Below are positions 41,954 through 54,760 of a DNA stretch of 64,000 nt, one piece after another. The first letter of the stretch is position 1, and each line of letters opens with the position of its first letter. The position numbers and the translations under genes are program-made. Under the pieces are notes generated by a model, which saw only the letters and a program-made list of their open reading frames with translations, searched no databases and was not told the DNA's origin. Source of the DNA: Octopus bimaculoides (taxonomy: Eukaryota); NCBI RefSeq assembly GCF_001194135.2, contig NC_069007.1, positions 1,819,397 through 1,883,396 of the forward strand, given 5' to 3'.

Positions 41954-43165
41954 CATTCATTCGCACACATTCACACACACACACACACACATGGACATGT
42001 ATATGAAGTATGAATAAGTGTGATTTTTGCGTGTGCATGCGTAAATGCAGGTGTATGTGTAGGTGGGAATAAGTGTGTGTGAGAGAATGAGTATGTGAGT
42101 GTATTTGTAACTTCTTTCATCTTAGCTGTTTCCTTTCTCTTGTGTTTTAAATATTTTGTCTTTATTTTCTGTTTGTTTTCACACACTTCATTCATGAAAG
42201 TGCAATATTCATTAATATATTTATTTACTTTTATTCGTGTGCTATTCACAACACTAAAAATTTAATTATTAATTTTCATTATCTCAGGCAGGAAAAGATG
42301 TTTGTTTTTAAAAATTAACAATAAGGAGAAGACTATGCGAATTTTAGACAAATTATGCTGCATATTATTTTTTAATTTATTTTATTTGTTTTAATTATGT
42401 TTCTTAAGTCCTGTGAATAAATTTCCTTGGTGTCTAGACGCATTGTCATCAGCTTAATGACAGAATCTGAATCAGGAAGATATCACAGCAAAGAATTGTG
42501 TATAACGTTATGAAGATCGCCATGATATGTGTTGGCCTGTTCCACTGTTAACAACTTTAACTATGGAACGAAATCGGCGACTAAATTGAAGACAGATCTA
42601 ACGTAATAACACAATCTCATGAAAAACTATAAAGTTATGCATGCACATCGATTGAAAGATTATTTATAAAACACGAATTTCCTATGGAATTAGTAGTCAA
42701 GCAATTATTAGAATATAGAATACATTTTATAAACTCTATGATTCCTGGTTAGAGAGATGTGTTGTGAGATATTTAATGCAAAAACGTGTCAATATCTGAT
42801 AATGCCAAGTACATAGTTGTTTAATGTGTTATGGCCGTCAATGTTAAATTGTTGAATTTCAGCCTATATTTCGGATATTTACGGTTGTGGCGATATGGTG
42901 AATTGATAGTGTATTCGTCGTACACTCTGCCTGCTAGAAATAGCAATAAATGTCCTTAAATTTATATCCTGCCGTGTGGAAAAAGATAATAATTTTAGTA
43001 CAGCTGTATATTTTTGAGATGATCATTTTCTTTCATGTATTCATCGGAGTTTTGTCCTCATCTTGATTGTGGCCTTCACTATGGTTCGGTTGTGTACACT
43101 CCTGGTTTCTGCAGTCGTCTAAAGCTTCTGACTGCAATCCATGGCGAGGCACTGAGGTGAATAAT

Positions 43166-43255
43166 AAGACACATCAAGAAGGCTGGGGTGTATACAACCG
43201 AAACGTAGTGAAAAGGAACAATCAGGATGAAGCCAACACTCCGGCAAATACATAG
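43166..43255 (+). mobile_element. Degenerate copy of the hammerhead-bearing tail seen at 54761-54856
   Basis: AAGACACATCAAGAAGGCTGGGGTGTATACAACCGAAACGTAGTG...AACAATCAGGATGAAG...TCCGGCAAAT aligns with AAGACACCTGATGAAGCCTGGAGGGTACCTAAGCTGAAACGTTGTG...AACAAAGAAGATGAGG...TCCGTCAAAT. Confidence 0.7.
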
Positions 43256-44408
43256 TTACTCTAGGACAATCTACGTTTCTTGTACTCGTAGGAAAAAGAT
43301 GGCATGATGATGGTTTGGTCGGTGCTTTCTTCGATTACGGTCGAACTGAATCCAAACAACCCCAACAACAAGAATATCAACAACAACAGTAACAGCATCA
43401 ATAAGGCAAAAATCTTGTTTGTCATGGCTAGTTAAGAGGAATCCACCTCACATCCAATTATTTCATGAAGACATACCATGTAAATTTGGTTTGGAATAAG
43501 AAGCTGCTAATTAAAAGAAAATCTTTGAACCACGAACAGCAAAATATAGTCCGAGAAATGCAATGAGCAGAATTAAAAATTGGAAAGAACACCATCTCTT
43601 TCACAGGTGAAATGAGTATGCGACCAACATTGTTACGAGTCAACCAATGAGCGTCTACTTGATTGCCTCACCTGCTAGAAATAGCAACCAAAATTCTTAC
43701 AAATTACACCGTACTGAATGTCAATAGAAATCCTACAACAGCCCTACAGGATTCTATGTGCAAGAACCAGTATAGAGGATGACAATATTTGGAACATAAT
43801 CGTAATATGTTAGAAAGTTCCAGGAGAACTGACATTTAGGCAGAACAATAAGAGCGACATGCACATCTTATTGATTTGCTTCAGGAATAAAGACAGGGGA
43901 AAATAATTCTTTCAACAAACATCCGTCATGACAATGTACATCAAATTTATATTTTACGTTTTCTAGAGAGAATTATATTCAGAAATATTGGCACAACAAC
44001 GTTCAAGTTTTACACAACAACTTGTCATAAGGTTTCGTGATTGAAGTTACATGTATTACCACATATTGTAGTGTATTTGTGAACATATCTAGTTTTAATT
44101 TTAATTATTTGAAGCTTTTTCCGTAAGGAGATAGATGATTTCTAACAAAGATACAATGATTCGTCGCTGGAATGTAAATAGAATTATCTATTCACATTTT
44201 TAACTTTAGAAAAGTCTTGCATAGTTTTACCAATTCCATTTGCAATGTTGACACACACACACACACACACACACAAACGCATCATCCCCCCCACCACCAC
44301 CACCACACAAACAAATAATCACAGACATTCACACGAACAGACACACAAATGCACATACGAATTTGAATTCGACAAGATGGAATGACAGACTTTATTAGAA
44401 ATCAGTAC

Positions 44409-44709
44409 AATTCTTTCAGCGCATCATTATCAGCTGGTAATTACTGAATATTACATATATCATGCCCATTATTGCATTAATATGATCCAAAAATAGCTGG
44501 GTGCGTCTTCTATTGCAATGGAATTCTAAAAATAACGCAATAGTATGAATATAATACATATAGAAACTAAAGATTATCTGTGATTTGGATGTCACTCACC
44601 TGAAGACACGCATGTATACAGCAATTGGTGGACCATACTAAACCAATAATGTGTAAACGATATCTAACATTTAGCAATTAACAGCTGATAATGATGCGCC
44701 GAAACAATT
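44409..44709. mobile_element. Old MITE-like element with diverged terminal inverted repeats of about 100 bp
   Basis: 44414-44510 versus the reverse complement of 44602-44704: TTTC(A/G)GCGCATCATTATCAGCTG(G/T)TAATT...CATTATTG...TCC...GTCTTC, roughly three-quarters identical by eye. Confidence 0.75.
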
Positions 44710-46810
44710 ACAATGATTTTTAATAAAACCTCTTTCCATTTTTCATCGTAAAATTCTTTTATATAGAATCTACGGATACGTGCGGATTTCCACGTGTGCA
44801 TCCAATAAAAATGAGTCCTAATCGATAGCCGATAAAGGAAGAAGAACTTTGGAAAGCTCTACGCAGCTATACGTGGTTTAACTTTTATTTCTAGCAATAT
44901 ACCTGCTTGTAGCTATACAATGAGAAATAGTGACGACTAAACTTCGTCTATCTGGTTTGTATTGTTCCCAGCGTTCCACATTAAATTTGTACACATTTTT
45001 GTGTTTGTGTGTTTATGTATGATTACATGTAATCAAATACTAGTAGCTCCAAATAATGTGTAGAAAAGTAAGCTGCGTTACTTTCTCCCTATTTCGAATT
45101 AGCGTACTCAAGACAAAGCAGCTGATTCCGTTGTTTGTTGATTGCGTAACGAATAAAGCTGTTAGCTATTACTATCATTGAAAAATACAGGGACATGTAA
45201 TAAAACCCGTTTTAAGGGGTTGGGATGGTGTTTATATTTAGTAGGGTAAACGCTAGTAAATTGCAAAGGAAAATGCGAAATATACAACACGCCCCGCTCC
45301 TGGATGTACAGCATGACTATCAACTGCTACGATAGACAATAGTTATAAATGCACCAGTTTGATGGAGCAGAGCATGGAGACAACAAAAATAATATTTTTA
45401 ACTTGAATAGAGAAGCATTTGGTGTATATGCTTTTATTTTCTCAGTTAAATATTATTGAGATCATAATTTCTAGTGAAAAAAACAATTGTTTTGCTTCGA
45501 TGAAGAATTAATGACGAGCATTCATTGACTTGGAGAAGGCCTTGGAAAAATCTACAATCTGGAATATGATGTGTTTTAAGATAATTAGAGATAGATTAAT
45601 GAGATGTGAGAGATGTACGAGTCAGTCAGGAGATAGCAGAAATAGTCCTGAGGACATGACAAATTCTCTAGTGCTTCGGCCACATTAATATGCATGCCAT
45701 GAATTCTACAAAGTCTGGTTTATTAATTTTTTTTTGTTTTGTTAATGGCATCCTGCTGTTGAAAGAAGAGAATTTACAAAACTTGGTCCAAGTGTTCGTC
45801 GAGGCAGGCAGTAACACCAAATAAAATGTAATTACATGCGTGACGACCCGTCCACCAAATTCCGGTGAGGAAAGCGGAATGGTGGTGGAACGATGATGAT
45901 TTAAATATCAAGACCAAGTTGTTATACAGTTCACTTCAGTGATATAAATTTAATGAAGCTTAATAAATCGATGGTTTAATAGGAATTTAAGTGTTGTAAA
46001 TTCAATAATTAAATAAATATAATGAATAGAGAGGGCAATAATTAAGTCTAAGTTTAGACAATTAATTAAATGTATTGAAGCATCCGGGTCTATCAGTCGC
46101 TATTGTGTAGATTTTCCGATATATTATTCCAAAGTAGGAAAAGCTATAACGAAGAAGAAAGCAATCGTTGTTAGTGGGAATATAGTGTCGTAGGTGGTGA
46201 CAAAAAACTTCGTTGAAACAGTAGTCCGTTTTGGCAATGTTTTTGAAAAAATTAATAGTCTAGAATAGCTAGAAGAATATACTAATAGACTAGATATCAG
46301 TGATGATGTGTGTTCAAAAAAATTATTGCCTATTTGGAAACATAATAGCTATTTTTTTTTAATATTTACTTGAAAGATTATTGGTTTTTATCTGTAATAT
46401 ATTTTTATTTCCACTTTAACTATAGATCTTTTCTCTATTTTATGATAATCTACTTTAATGTTACCTCATAATAATTTATATTGTTGGTTATATTCCAATG
46501 TATTCACGTTCACACACTTTTCTATATTATTAGGTTATGCCATTGTTTCAACATATACTAAAAGTTTCCAAGTCACAGCAGGTAACCTACACATGTATGT
46601 TAGTTATTAACCGATCATGCAAAATAAATTCTTACTTGAAGATATATAAGCCTTTGCATTAGGCAATACCATTGTTCAACAAATGCCGGAATATTACAAG
46701 AATATCTATTTGACACATATACATATTACCGATACGATTCAACTCTATCAGATTTTGTTGTTTTATACAACGTTTATGATGATTTCGTGAAGAGGTGGGG
46801 ATTTCTATTT

Positions 46811-47071
46811 CGAGTATTCACACCACGATTCTAAGGTCGTGGGTGACATTCCAGGCAGCGAGTTGTGTTCTTGAGCAAGGCACTTCATTTCACGTGGCTC
46901 CAGTTTACTCAGCGGACAAAAATTAGTTGTACCTGTGATTCACAGGTCCAGCCTTGTCACCTATGCCATACTGAATCTCCGTTAGAGCTACATGAAGGGT
47001 ACACGTGTCCGTGGTGTGCTCAGCCATCTGCAAGTTAATTTCACAAGCAGACTATTCCGTTGATCATAACT
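46811..47071 (+). mobile_element. Family-C tRNA/CORE SINE
   Basis: Degenerate tRNA head, CORE-like TGTGTTCTTGAGCAAGGCACTT, body CCAGCCTTGTCAC...GGGTACACGTGTC..GCTCAGCCA..TTAATTTCAC shared with 17492-17676. Confidence 0.8.
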
Positions 47072-47706
47072 AATGAAGCGCCAGATTTTATCTGTATTTC
47101 TCTCATTTACTTTTAAGTAATTATATAATATTTTACAGATCTTCCGTGTTGTAACTACAGAATTCACTCTATTGCTCATTTCCAATTTTATTGTAATTCA
47201 CATTAAAGTTACATTATAATTACTTACAATCTAGAATATATTGCTGCTTAGTCATCTCCGTAATTTTTTAAAGAAATGGTACCATGAATATTTCGTTTGT
47301 AATCAATCTTATTAAATAGTGCCTGTGTTCCAACCTACTCTAAAATATGTTTGTAACAACACCTGGCTCACACTCACAGTATTCGCATGAAAATATAGTA
47401 CAACATTATGTCATTTGCTCTAAATTATACACTTTACTATTTTAATTCAAAATATTGTTTAAAATACAAATTAAATGCATACCGTTTTCATCATCTCGTT
47501 TACGTGACAAACATCTATCGCTGAACTTCGCGATATTTCGATATTAGCGTGTCACTTCATAAGAAAATAGATATTCAAATCTATGCCCCTTGTTTAATTT
47601 ATTTTTTATAAATATGTATGAATATGGTGCTATGTACATACATATATGCATGTATATATATATATGTATGTATCTATCTATCTATCTACCTCTCTCTCTA
47701 TCTATG

Positions 47707-47737
<31 letters not shown>

Positions 47738-48060
47738 TTATAAGCTACTACGCAAAGCTATATAGTTATTTATTTATAAACTACTATGCAAGGCTATATA
47801 GTCAAATGATTTTTTAAAAGTTATTTTAAAATTTAGCTCTGTAATTAACTGAAGTAAGTGGCATAATAAATGGGTATTTCGTGAATACTTTGAAATGTAA
47901 AACGTGTACCTTAATTATAAAACGTTATAAAACCTGATTTTCTAATTTTCCCTAACATATCAACACTTTAAAGCCATAAAGCCACTAATACATTTTCACA
48001 TCTTTCCAGATTATTTCGGAATCCATTTGTATTCTCCATGATATATATTAAATTTCTAGT

Positions 48061-48760
48061 ATGTCTAAAGCTACAAAGTTTTCCGAAAATGAACAAGGGA
48101 CGATTCTTGCACCGAAAGTGGAAGGAATGAGTAACCGGAAGATGACCGGGGAGATTTGACGAAGTAGAATGCCAGTGGACAATTTTCTGAAAGATGCGGA
48201 CGGCTACCACAGGATTTCTGCTGGTGGATCTCCCAAGGCTACATCAGAAAGGGACGAAAGGACCATTGTCAGAGCTGTAAAGAAATTAAGCTGCTCTTCT
48301 GTTTCCAAAATCAAGGCATCAGCAGATGTATGGGGTTCAATATCCACGGTAACCTGAACAAGTGGCTAGGACGTCCTTTATTATCCCCCTCCCACATAAG
48401 TGTTAGATTAGAGTTTGTTCGGCAGCAGCTGACGTGGGATGGCGAATGGACCAGGGTTCTGTTCTCTGATGAGCAAAAATGAAATTTGGATGGTGTTGGG
48501 CAGATAAATGTATACGAAACAACACTTCTTCCAAGTGGCAGAAATAATGCAGCAGAGGTCTTATGGTGTGGGGAGCAATATATGCCAATGGAAAGCTGCA
48601 ACTTTTCTTCATGGACAGCTATTTCAATGTTGCACAATATATCGGTATGTTGGACGGGGCTCGCATTTACAAAGAAGGGAGAAGGCTCCATAGCAAGAAC
48701 TTCAAATTTCAATAGGACAATGCTCTTATTCATAAAGCCAATACACGTAGGTACATACGT
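48061..48760 (+). pseudogene. Tc3-like (Tc1/mariner) transposase pseudogene, 3'-truncated
   Basis: MSKATKFSENEQGTIL...EI*RSRMPVDNFLKDADGY...KATSERDERTIVRA; RLEFVRQQLTWDGEWTRVLFSDEQK*NLDG; GLMVWGAIY; NFKFQ*DNALIH. Collinear with the C. elegans Tc3 motifs FSDEKKFNLDG and FQQDNA; stops and frameshifts; third catalytic residue absent. Confidence 0.9.
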
Positions 48761-49372
48761 GCCTAAATATATACATATAACATTGACGGGTTTCTACAAA
48801 CTTATGAAACACACGAGAATATGTTCTAATCAAATATACTTTTACTTGTTTTTGAAAGAATCTTTTGGTAAATTATTTGTAGCGTGTTTCGTTATGAACG
48901 TGAATGTGTGTTTGTGTGTGCATGTGCGTTCTTGTATGTATGTGTGTGTCTATAGATGAGTGTATGTATGTTTGCATATATAGCTATATATATCTATGAA
49001 TGCATCATGCATGTATTTATGTATGTATGTATGTATGATTTTTAATTCCATGACAAAAAAAGACTTCATCTCTAAGAACAGCAGGTGGAAGACAACTGAC
49101 GAGATAACCTGCAGCCACAGGTGAAGTGAAGATTCTGAGTGTTTGGACTAGCTGACGAAATATCCTTCAATGATGATGTGACAAAGCATGACATTATTTA
49201 ATTAACTTTTTCCACGCATTCAATAGTTTCATGATATCAATTTCTGTTCATGAAGTAAACAGCACTTCACAATTAAATATTTTATGCGATTCTCTAGCAT
49301 CGTAATCACAAGACTAATTCTATTCATTTTCTACCCTTATTAAGGATTTCAGCTCTCTCAATTTTCATTATC

Positions 49373-49373
49373 C

Positions 49374-49414
<41 letters not shown>

Positions 49415-49438
49415 GATGTTGTTGTTGTTGTTGTTGTT
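49373..49438. repeat. (ATT)n-(GTT)n trinucleotide microsatellite
   Basis: Directly visible tandem repeats. Confidence 0.9.
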
Positions 49439-49980
49439 AGTATTGTGGTCGTTGTTGTCATTACTTCGTAATGCTCCCTGCTATTCCTTTTGTTTCCACG
49501 TAGAATTTTCCCCATTTTTCTAAATGGTGTTTGGTTTTATTATTTATTAATTTTTCTATGATAATTAGTAATATTTTTCAGATTCGTTGTATAATGTCTT
49601 TTTATTTTGTATATTTTCTCATTTTTCCTGCCAAAACTAACATTGAATTCATTGCTCCTTTTTAATAAAGAGATACATGTATATCATTAACACTCGACTT
49701 AAACGTCGTTCGAATTTGATGTGACTAAAATCTGATCGAAATCATTTTTGAATTGTCACCATCAGGACTTTTTACAGGTAAATGTAGACAGAATTACATT
49801 TAGAAATAATTTTCGTTCTAAAATCACGCGTTCAAGTGAGCGACTGGACTATCGGGTTTTGTTAAAACGTCGCTAGTTAGTGTTCTTTGCATACTTTTAA
49901 CTTTCAAAAGATCTTCCTGGTTGGCTAGGCGGGCAGGTCAATATTCACTCTGAAGAGAATGTTAACCTGTCGCTAGATTA

Positions 49981-50090
49981 CCCATTTGCAGCTGAGGTAA
50001 ATGGACCAACACGAAATGAAGTGTTTTTCTCAATAACGCAACGTTCCACCGGGCTGAAAATCGAAACCGCAATCTCCCGATATTGACTGT
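49981..50090 (-). mobile_element. Degenerate tRNA/CORE SINE head
   Basis: CACGAAATGAAGTG...AATCGAAACCGC is the reverse complement of a CORE plus B-box segment. Confidence 0.5.
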
Positions 50091-50758
50091 GGCAGGGGAG
50101 GGTTCAGTTGCTATTTCTTACAAAGCGATCGACAATTTAGAGTCTCCGTCGACAACGTGTACTTCGCCTTCAATCATACCATTTATTTGTCGATTGTTTA
50201 ACTCATTGATTCACTGATGCAGTAATTGATTGATGTATTTACCTCAAATTCATTCCTAGCCAAAACGCGTTATGTCTTTAAACCTTGTGATTTGTGTTGC
50301 TGAGATTCGATACAACATACCTAGGATTACATCAATGCATATGCTGTTTTGAAAGACGATAGGAAGAAACTTAACGGAATGTTGACATTTATTTCTAAAA
50401 GTTCAATAAACCAATCATACGCTAAATAATTGTCTAGTAATAATACTCAGCAGTTCTTTCCATTCGGCAGCCGTTATTACATTTATAAGTTCTCCGACGT
50501 GTTATTTTTTGCTGCTATATTATATTCTCTTTTTGCTGAATTTCGTCGTAACCTCCTAACAACAAGAATGATCTGATATCTATAGCTCAGAAAACCGTAA
50601 TTATAAATATATATATTTCTAATAAAATGACTAATACAAACAAAGGGATGCGCTAAAGCAGGGATGGAAAGTCCTGTAATGGATGTATAGCTGTGTGGAA
50701 CTCGTTTTGCAGCCCACGTTGCCGGGTTTGTAGATGAGAAACTGTATGGATTCATACT

Positions 50759-50812
<54 letters not shown>

Positions 50813-53800
50813 ATTATTATTACTAAATCTATCTAAAGGAGACTACGGCAGCAGTACTGGGTATTAATAGTTATCGCCAAGCTAACATCGTAGTCCAGAA
50901 AAGTAGGACGAATGCTGCCGTTGATTAGCTTCAAGAGGTCATCGTATATATACATATATATATATACATGTATATACATGTATATGTATATATATGTATG
51001 CATGTATATATATGTTTGTATGTGCGTTTGTGTGCCAGTATATGTGTTTGTGCCTTGGCGTTTTGTTTTCCAAACTCACCAACTTTGACAGCCGGTGTTA
51101 GATCCATTACGTTCGTGCAAATAATAAATCGGCAAAAAAAAGACCGATTACTTAAGTAGCAGACTCAAAAATGTATGTTGTTGTTGACTTGTTCGACTAA
51201 AAACTTCAAGTCGGTGTCTTGAAAGATAAAAGAAAAATTAAAGAAAATTATCTCTGGGACAGAAGTCCTCTAATATTTCAATATTATTTGTAGTGAATCT
51301 CTCGGACAAAAATATCAAGAAGACATAGAATATAGGGAAATTTAAATATAGTCTGTTGTAAGTAAGAGTACGAAAAGATAAATATCTTGCTTTTAGGATT
51401 GTTTCTTACAATAATCCGTTTGCGTTTGCTTGGTTTGATGTATATCTTGTCTTACTTTTGTTATTATGTAGTAGTTATCTAGATGTATGAAATGTTTTCA
51501 TCACCATCAGCATATATGTATAACGTAGCTTTATCAGATTTAGAATTTGTGTCGTTTGCTCAATGCTATGATGTTTTTTTAGTAAAACTGGGTTGTGTAA
51601 AACTGGGTTCAGAATATATTGCTTAAGTCGTTCCCTACAGTAAGTCGGTAGGTTGTGATATGAGAGAGATATGTTTAGCGAGCAATTAAGCTCTTTTCTT
51701 CGTAAATATATGGCCTCGGGATGTGTCGTGAGAAAATCTCTCGCAACCCCCAGGATAACCAATGTTTTGCGAATAACATCGATATTTCGAAACACTTAGG
51801 AACATATCACACACAAACACACTCATAAATATATACATGCACACGCACACATTCACACACATTTTCACTCATTTGTTATTTTGACACGCGCCAAATTTAA
51901 GGCCGCTCAGCAAAATATTTTTATATGAATATATATANNNNNNNNNNNNNNNNNNNNNNNNNNNNNNNNNNNNNNNNNNNNNNNNNNNNNNNNNNNNNNN
52001 NNNNNNNNNNNNNNNNNNNNNNNNNNNNNNNNNNNNNNNNNNNNNNNNNNNNNNNNNNNNNNNNNNNNNNNNNNNNNNNNNNNNNNNNNNNNNNNNNNNN
52101 NNNNNNNNNNNNNNNNNNNNNNNNNNNNNNNNNNNNNNNNNNNNNNNNNNNNNNNNNNNNNNNNNNNNNNNNNNNNNNNNNNNNNNGGGGGGGGGGAGGG
52201 GCAAAGGCTTGGATGAATTTTAAAATTGATGCTGACACATTTAGATATCAGTTCCAAATTTGATCTCATGCTACTGCATTATGGCAGAACCCTAGCATAG
52301 CATAGCCCAGTGACTAACGCGAGAAGAAAAACAATTGAAAGAGTAAAATACGATTGAGCAACAGCGTACCAGTTGTCGTAGCTGTTTGCAGAGAGTCAGG
52401 CAACAACGGGTGTTATTTCGTTTGAAAGATTAGGATGAAGATTTTGCTGAATAAAAGTGTCAAATGGCAAATTTGTTCATTAGATATTTTAATGATGTTT
52501 TAAATAATCTCTTTAGATCTGAATGTTTCAAGTTAGTTAATATTTGTGATGTCGTTAAACATTCTTTCTGAAGAAGATGAAAGTAAAAAAAAAAAAAGAA
52601 AAAATATATATGCTCATTTACATTTATTTTATTTTGCTATTGTATTTTATTTTCTCTTTACTGACACGTTTTTCTAGATTTCTTCACACCCTTTGACGAA
52701 ACTTGTAGAGGAAACGTGCCTAGATTTGGCAAATAAAACTTAATTTTCTGAAAGCCGCACATTATTAGAATGTTAATGTCGAAGGCACCCTGACAACTGG
52801 AAGTTTAATTGAGCTATATTGGAATTTGTGTGGACAGTTGAAGAGTTACCGAAGAGAAGGTAATATCGTGTATAATCAAATTAAGTGGTCCCTTCAAAAC
52901 GAACAGAAAATGGTCATTCCAAACGTGAAGCGTCAAACCACAATTCATTTAACGCCATGTTAAGTGTTCAATTTAAATTAGGTTGATGGACGTCGATCAA
53001 ATAAATGCAGATAGGAAAAGGGAGTTGTGCGAAAGCTGGTTGCAAGGAAACATTTTATGCGAATTATGGGATCCAAATAATTGATAGAGTTCGATACGGA
53101 TATCGGATTAATCTTATTTACGTGTCGTAAATATAACATTACACATTGCAAAACACAAAACAAAAGCGAATGAATGAAATAACATGATTCTGCAAAGGAA
53201 ACTATATTTTGTCTGTTCTCTTATAAAGAAACAACAGAAACAACAAAAATACTATAAAATACTTTTCCGATCAAATTCTAGAGGCTCATACGGAGTCGTT
53301 CAATATATCTGCTTAACAATTCACATTATTTAATCTCTCTCTTACGAATGAATTTATTCCTTCTGTAATTAAGGATTATACCTAGTAGCTGCAACCCGAT
53401 TTCGAACAATGCCATCGCTTCTTTCTTGCCTTAAAGTAGCAATGTTGTGTCTCTTCAGTCCGGCTACGGATCTCCACACTTTTGCACATTTAAGCATATG
53501 CTGGTGGTGAGCATCTACTGCGTCGGGTGTTCTGAGAGTTACCACACACACAACTGTACAAACACACACCGACAATTTTCTTTATTCCATCATAGAATGC
53601 TTCATTGTGTGATGTACCTATTTTAGCTACATTCAGCCATAGCATACAACACATACAATTGTGGCCAAATGATTGGGACATTTTTTTTTAAAATTAAAAT
53701 TGGTTTCCCCAATATACTCTCCGACCAAATAGAACCAAGGGCATTTAATATGAAAATTCTAATTTTCAGGCCGATGTACCACACGTTTGACAAAGTAATA

Positions 53801-54351
53801 ATATTTTGCAAATTGAATATAATTTTAGGAATTTAATATAAAAATTCTAATTTTCAACCTATTCGCCAAAATGTTTAGCCACGACTGTGATAGAAATATT
53901 AAATATAAAGTGATTCCATGTCTGAAGTTTTATAAGTGAAGAAAGGATTAGCGCAGGGCGAACCCACTCTCTAAACAACGAATGCATTCGCCCCAAAACA
54001 TGAACTAATCTATGGCATTGGAGGCAAACAAAGTCGTATTGAACTCTTCCCTGACCGTTAATTTTATGCAGGTTTTCGATGAAAATAACTCGGGCTTGAT
54101 AGTGTCTCCCGTTTGCATGCTACGTTCCGTTCATATAACAGGAATGCTGGAGCTAGGTATTACCAATAGCACTAAAAATGAGCTGAAATATACATATGTA
54201 GAAACGTTTAGCTCAAATTCAAATCTCCAGTTTGATCATCGCGGGTAAAAAATAAACTAGAAATCATTTCATGTATAGTTTCTCAAGAATTAGTAATATA
54301 ACATAACGGAAGAAAGCCACTATTGCATTACCATTTAGATGTAATGATATC

Positions 54352-54387
<36 letters not shown>

Positions 54388-54437
54388 TTTTTAATGAGGG
54401 TAGAAATTGATATTAATCCGAAGATTAAAGTTATGTT

Positions 54438-54681
54438 ACATACAAAAATAAGAGGAATGACCAGCAAAAGTGGACTCCTATATGCTAGAAATAGATGCCG
54501 AATCATCTAACTACGACACAATTTAGCGACACAACAGATTTCATTTGTCTTGCCCTTTTACAGTCTGTTGTGTCGCTAATTTTTTTACTGAGAACATTTT
54601 TTTTCGTGGTTAGATGATTCGGCATCTATTTCTAGCATATAGGAGTCCACTTTTGTTGGTCATTCTTCTTATTTTTGTGTG

Positions 54682-54682
<1 letters not shown>
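54438..54682. mobile_element. Fold-back / MITE-like element with 79-bp arms and a nested 16-bp inverted repeat
   Basis: 54438-54516 versus 54604-54682: 75/79 complementary; inner TTAGCGACACAACAGA (54523-54538) versus TCTGTTGTGTCGCTAA (54564-54579) is perfect. Confidence 0.9.
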
Positions 54683-54712
<30 letters not shown>

Positions 54713-54760
54713 TCAAATTAAGCAGAAAATGGAGAAATGTCTTTATCAACAAACAAATTG

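Noticed and set aside
44421-44445. CATTATCAGCTGGTAATTACTGA resembles miR-216/miR-283 mature sequences
   Set aside because: The 5' seed differs, there is no local pre-miRNA hairpin, and the sequence is part of a MITE-like inverted repeat arm.
48465-48490. CTGATGA...GAAA hammerhead-like core
   Set aside because: It is the FSDE..NLD coding motif of the Tc3-like transposase and has no stem II. Other CTGA(T/A/C)GA hits near 8905, 27205 and 52570 also lack the required stems.
52689-52720. Hammerhead-like TTTGACGA-AACTTGTAGAG-GAAACGTG
   Set aside because: C3 is missing, stem II is weak, and there is no NUH site with stem I pairing; at best a very decayed copy.
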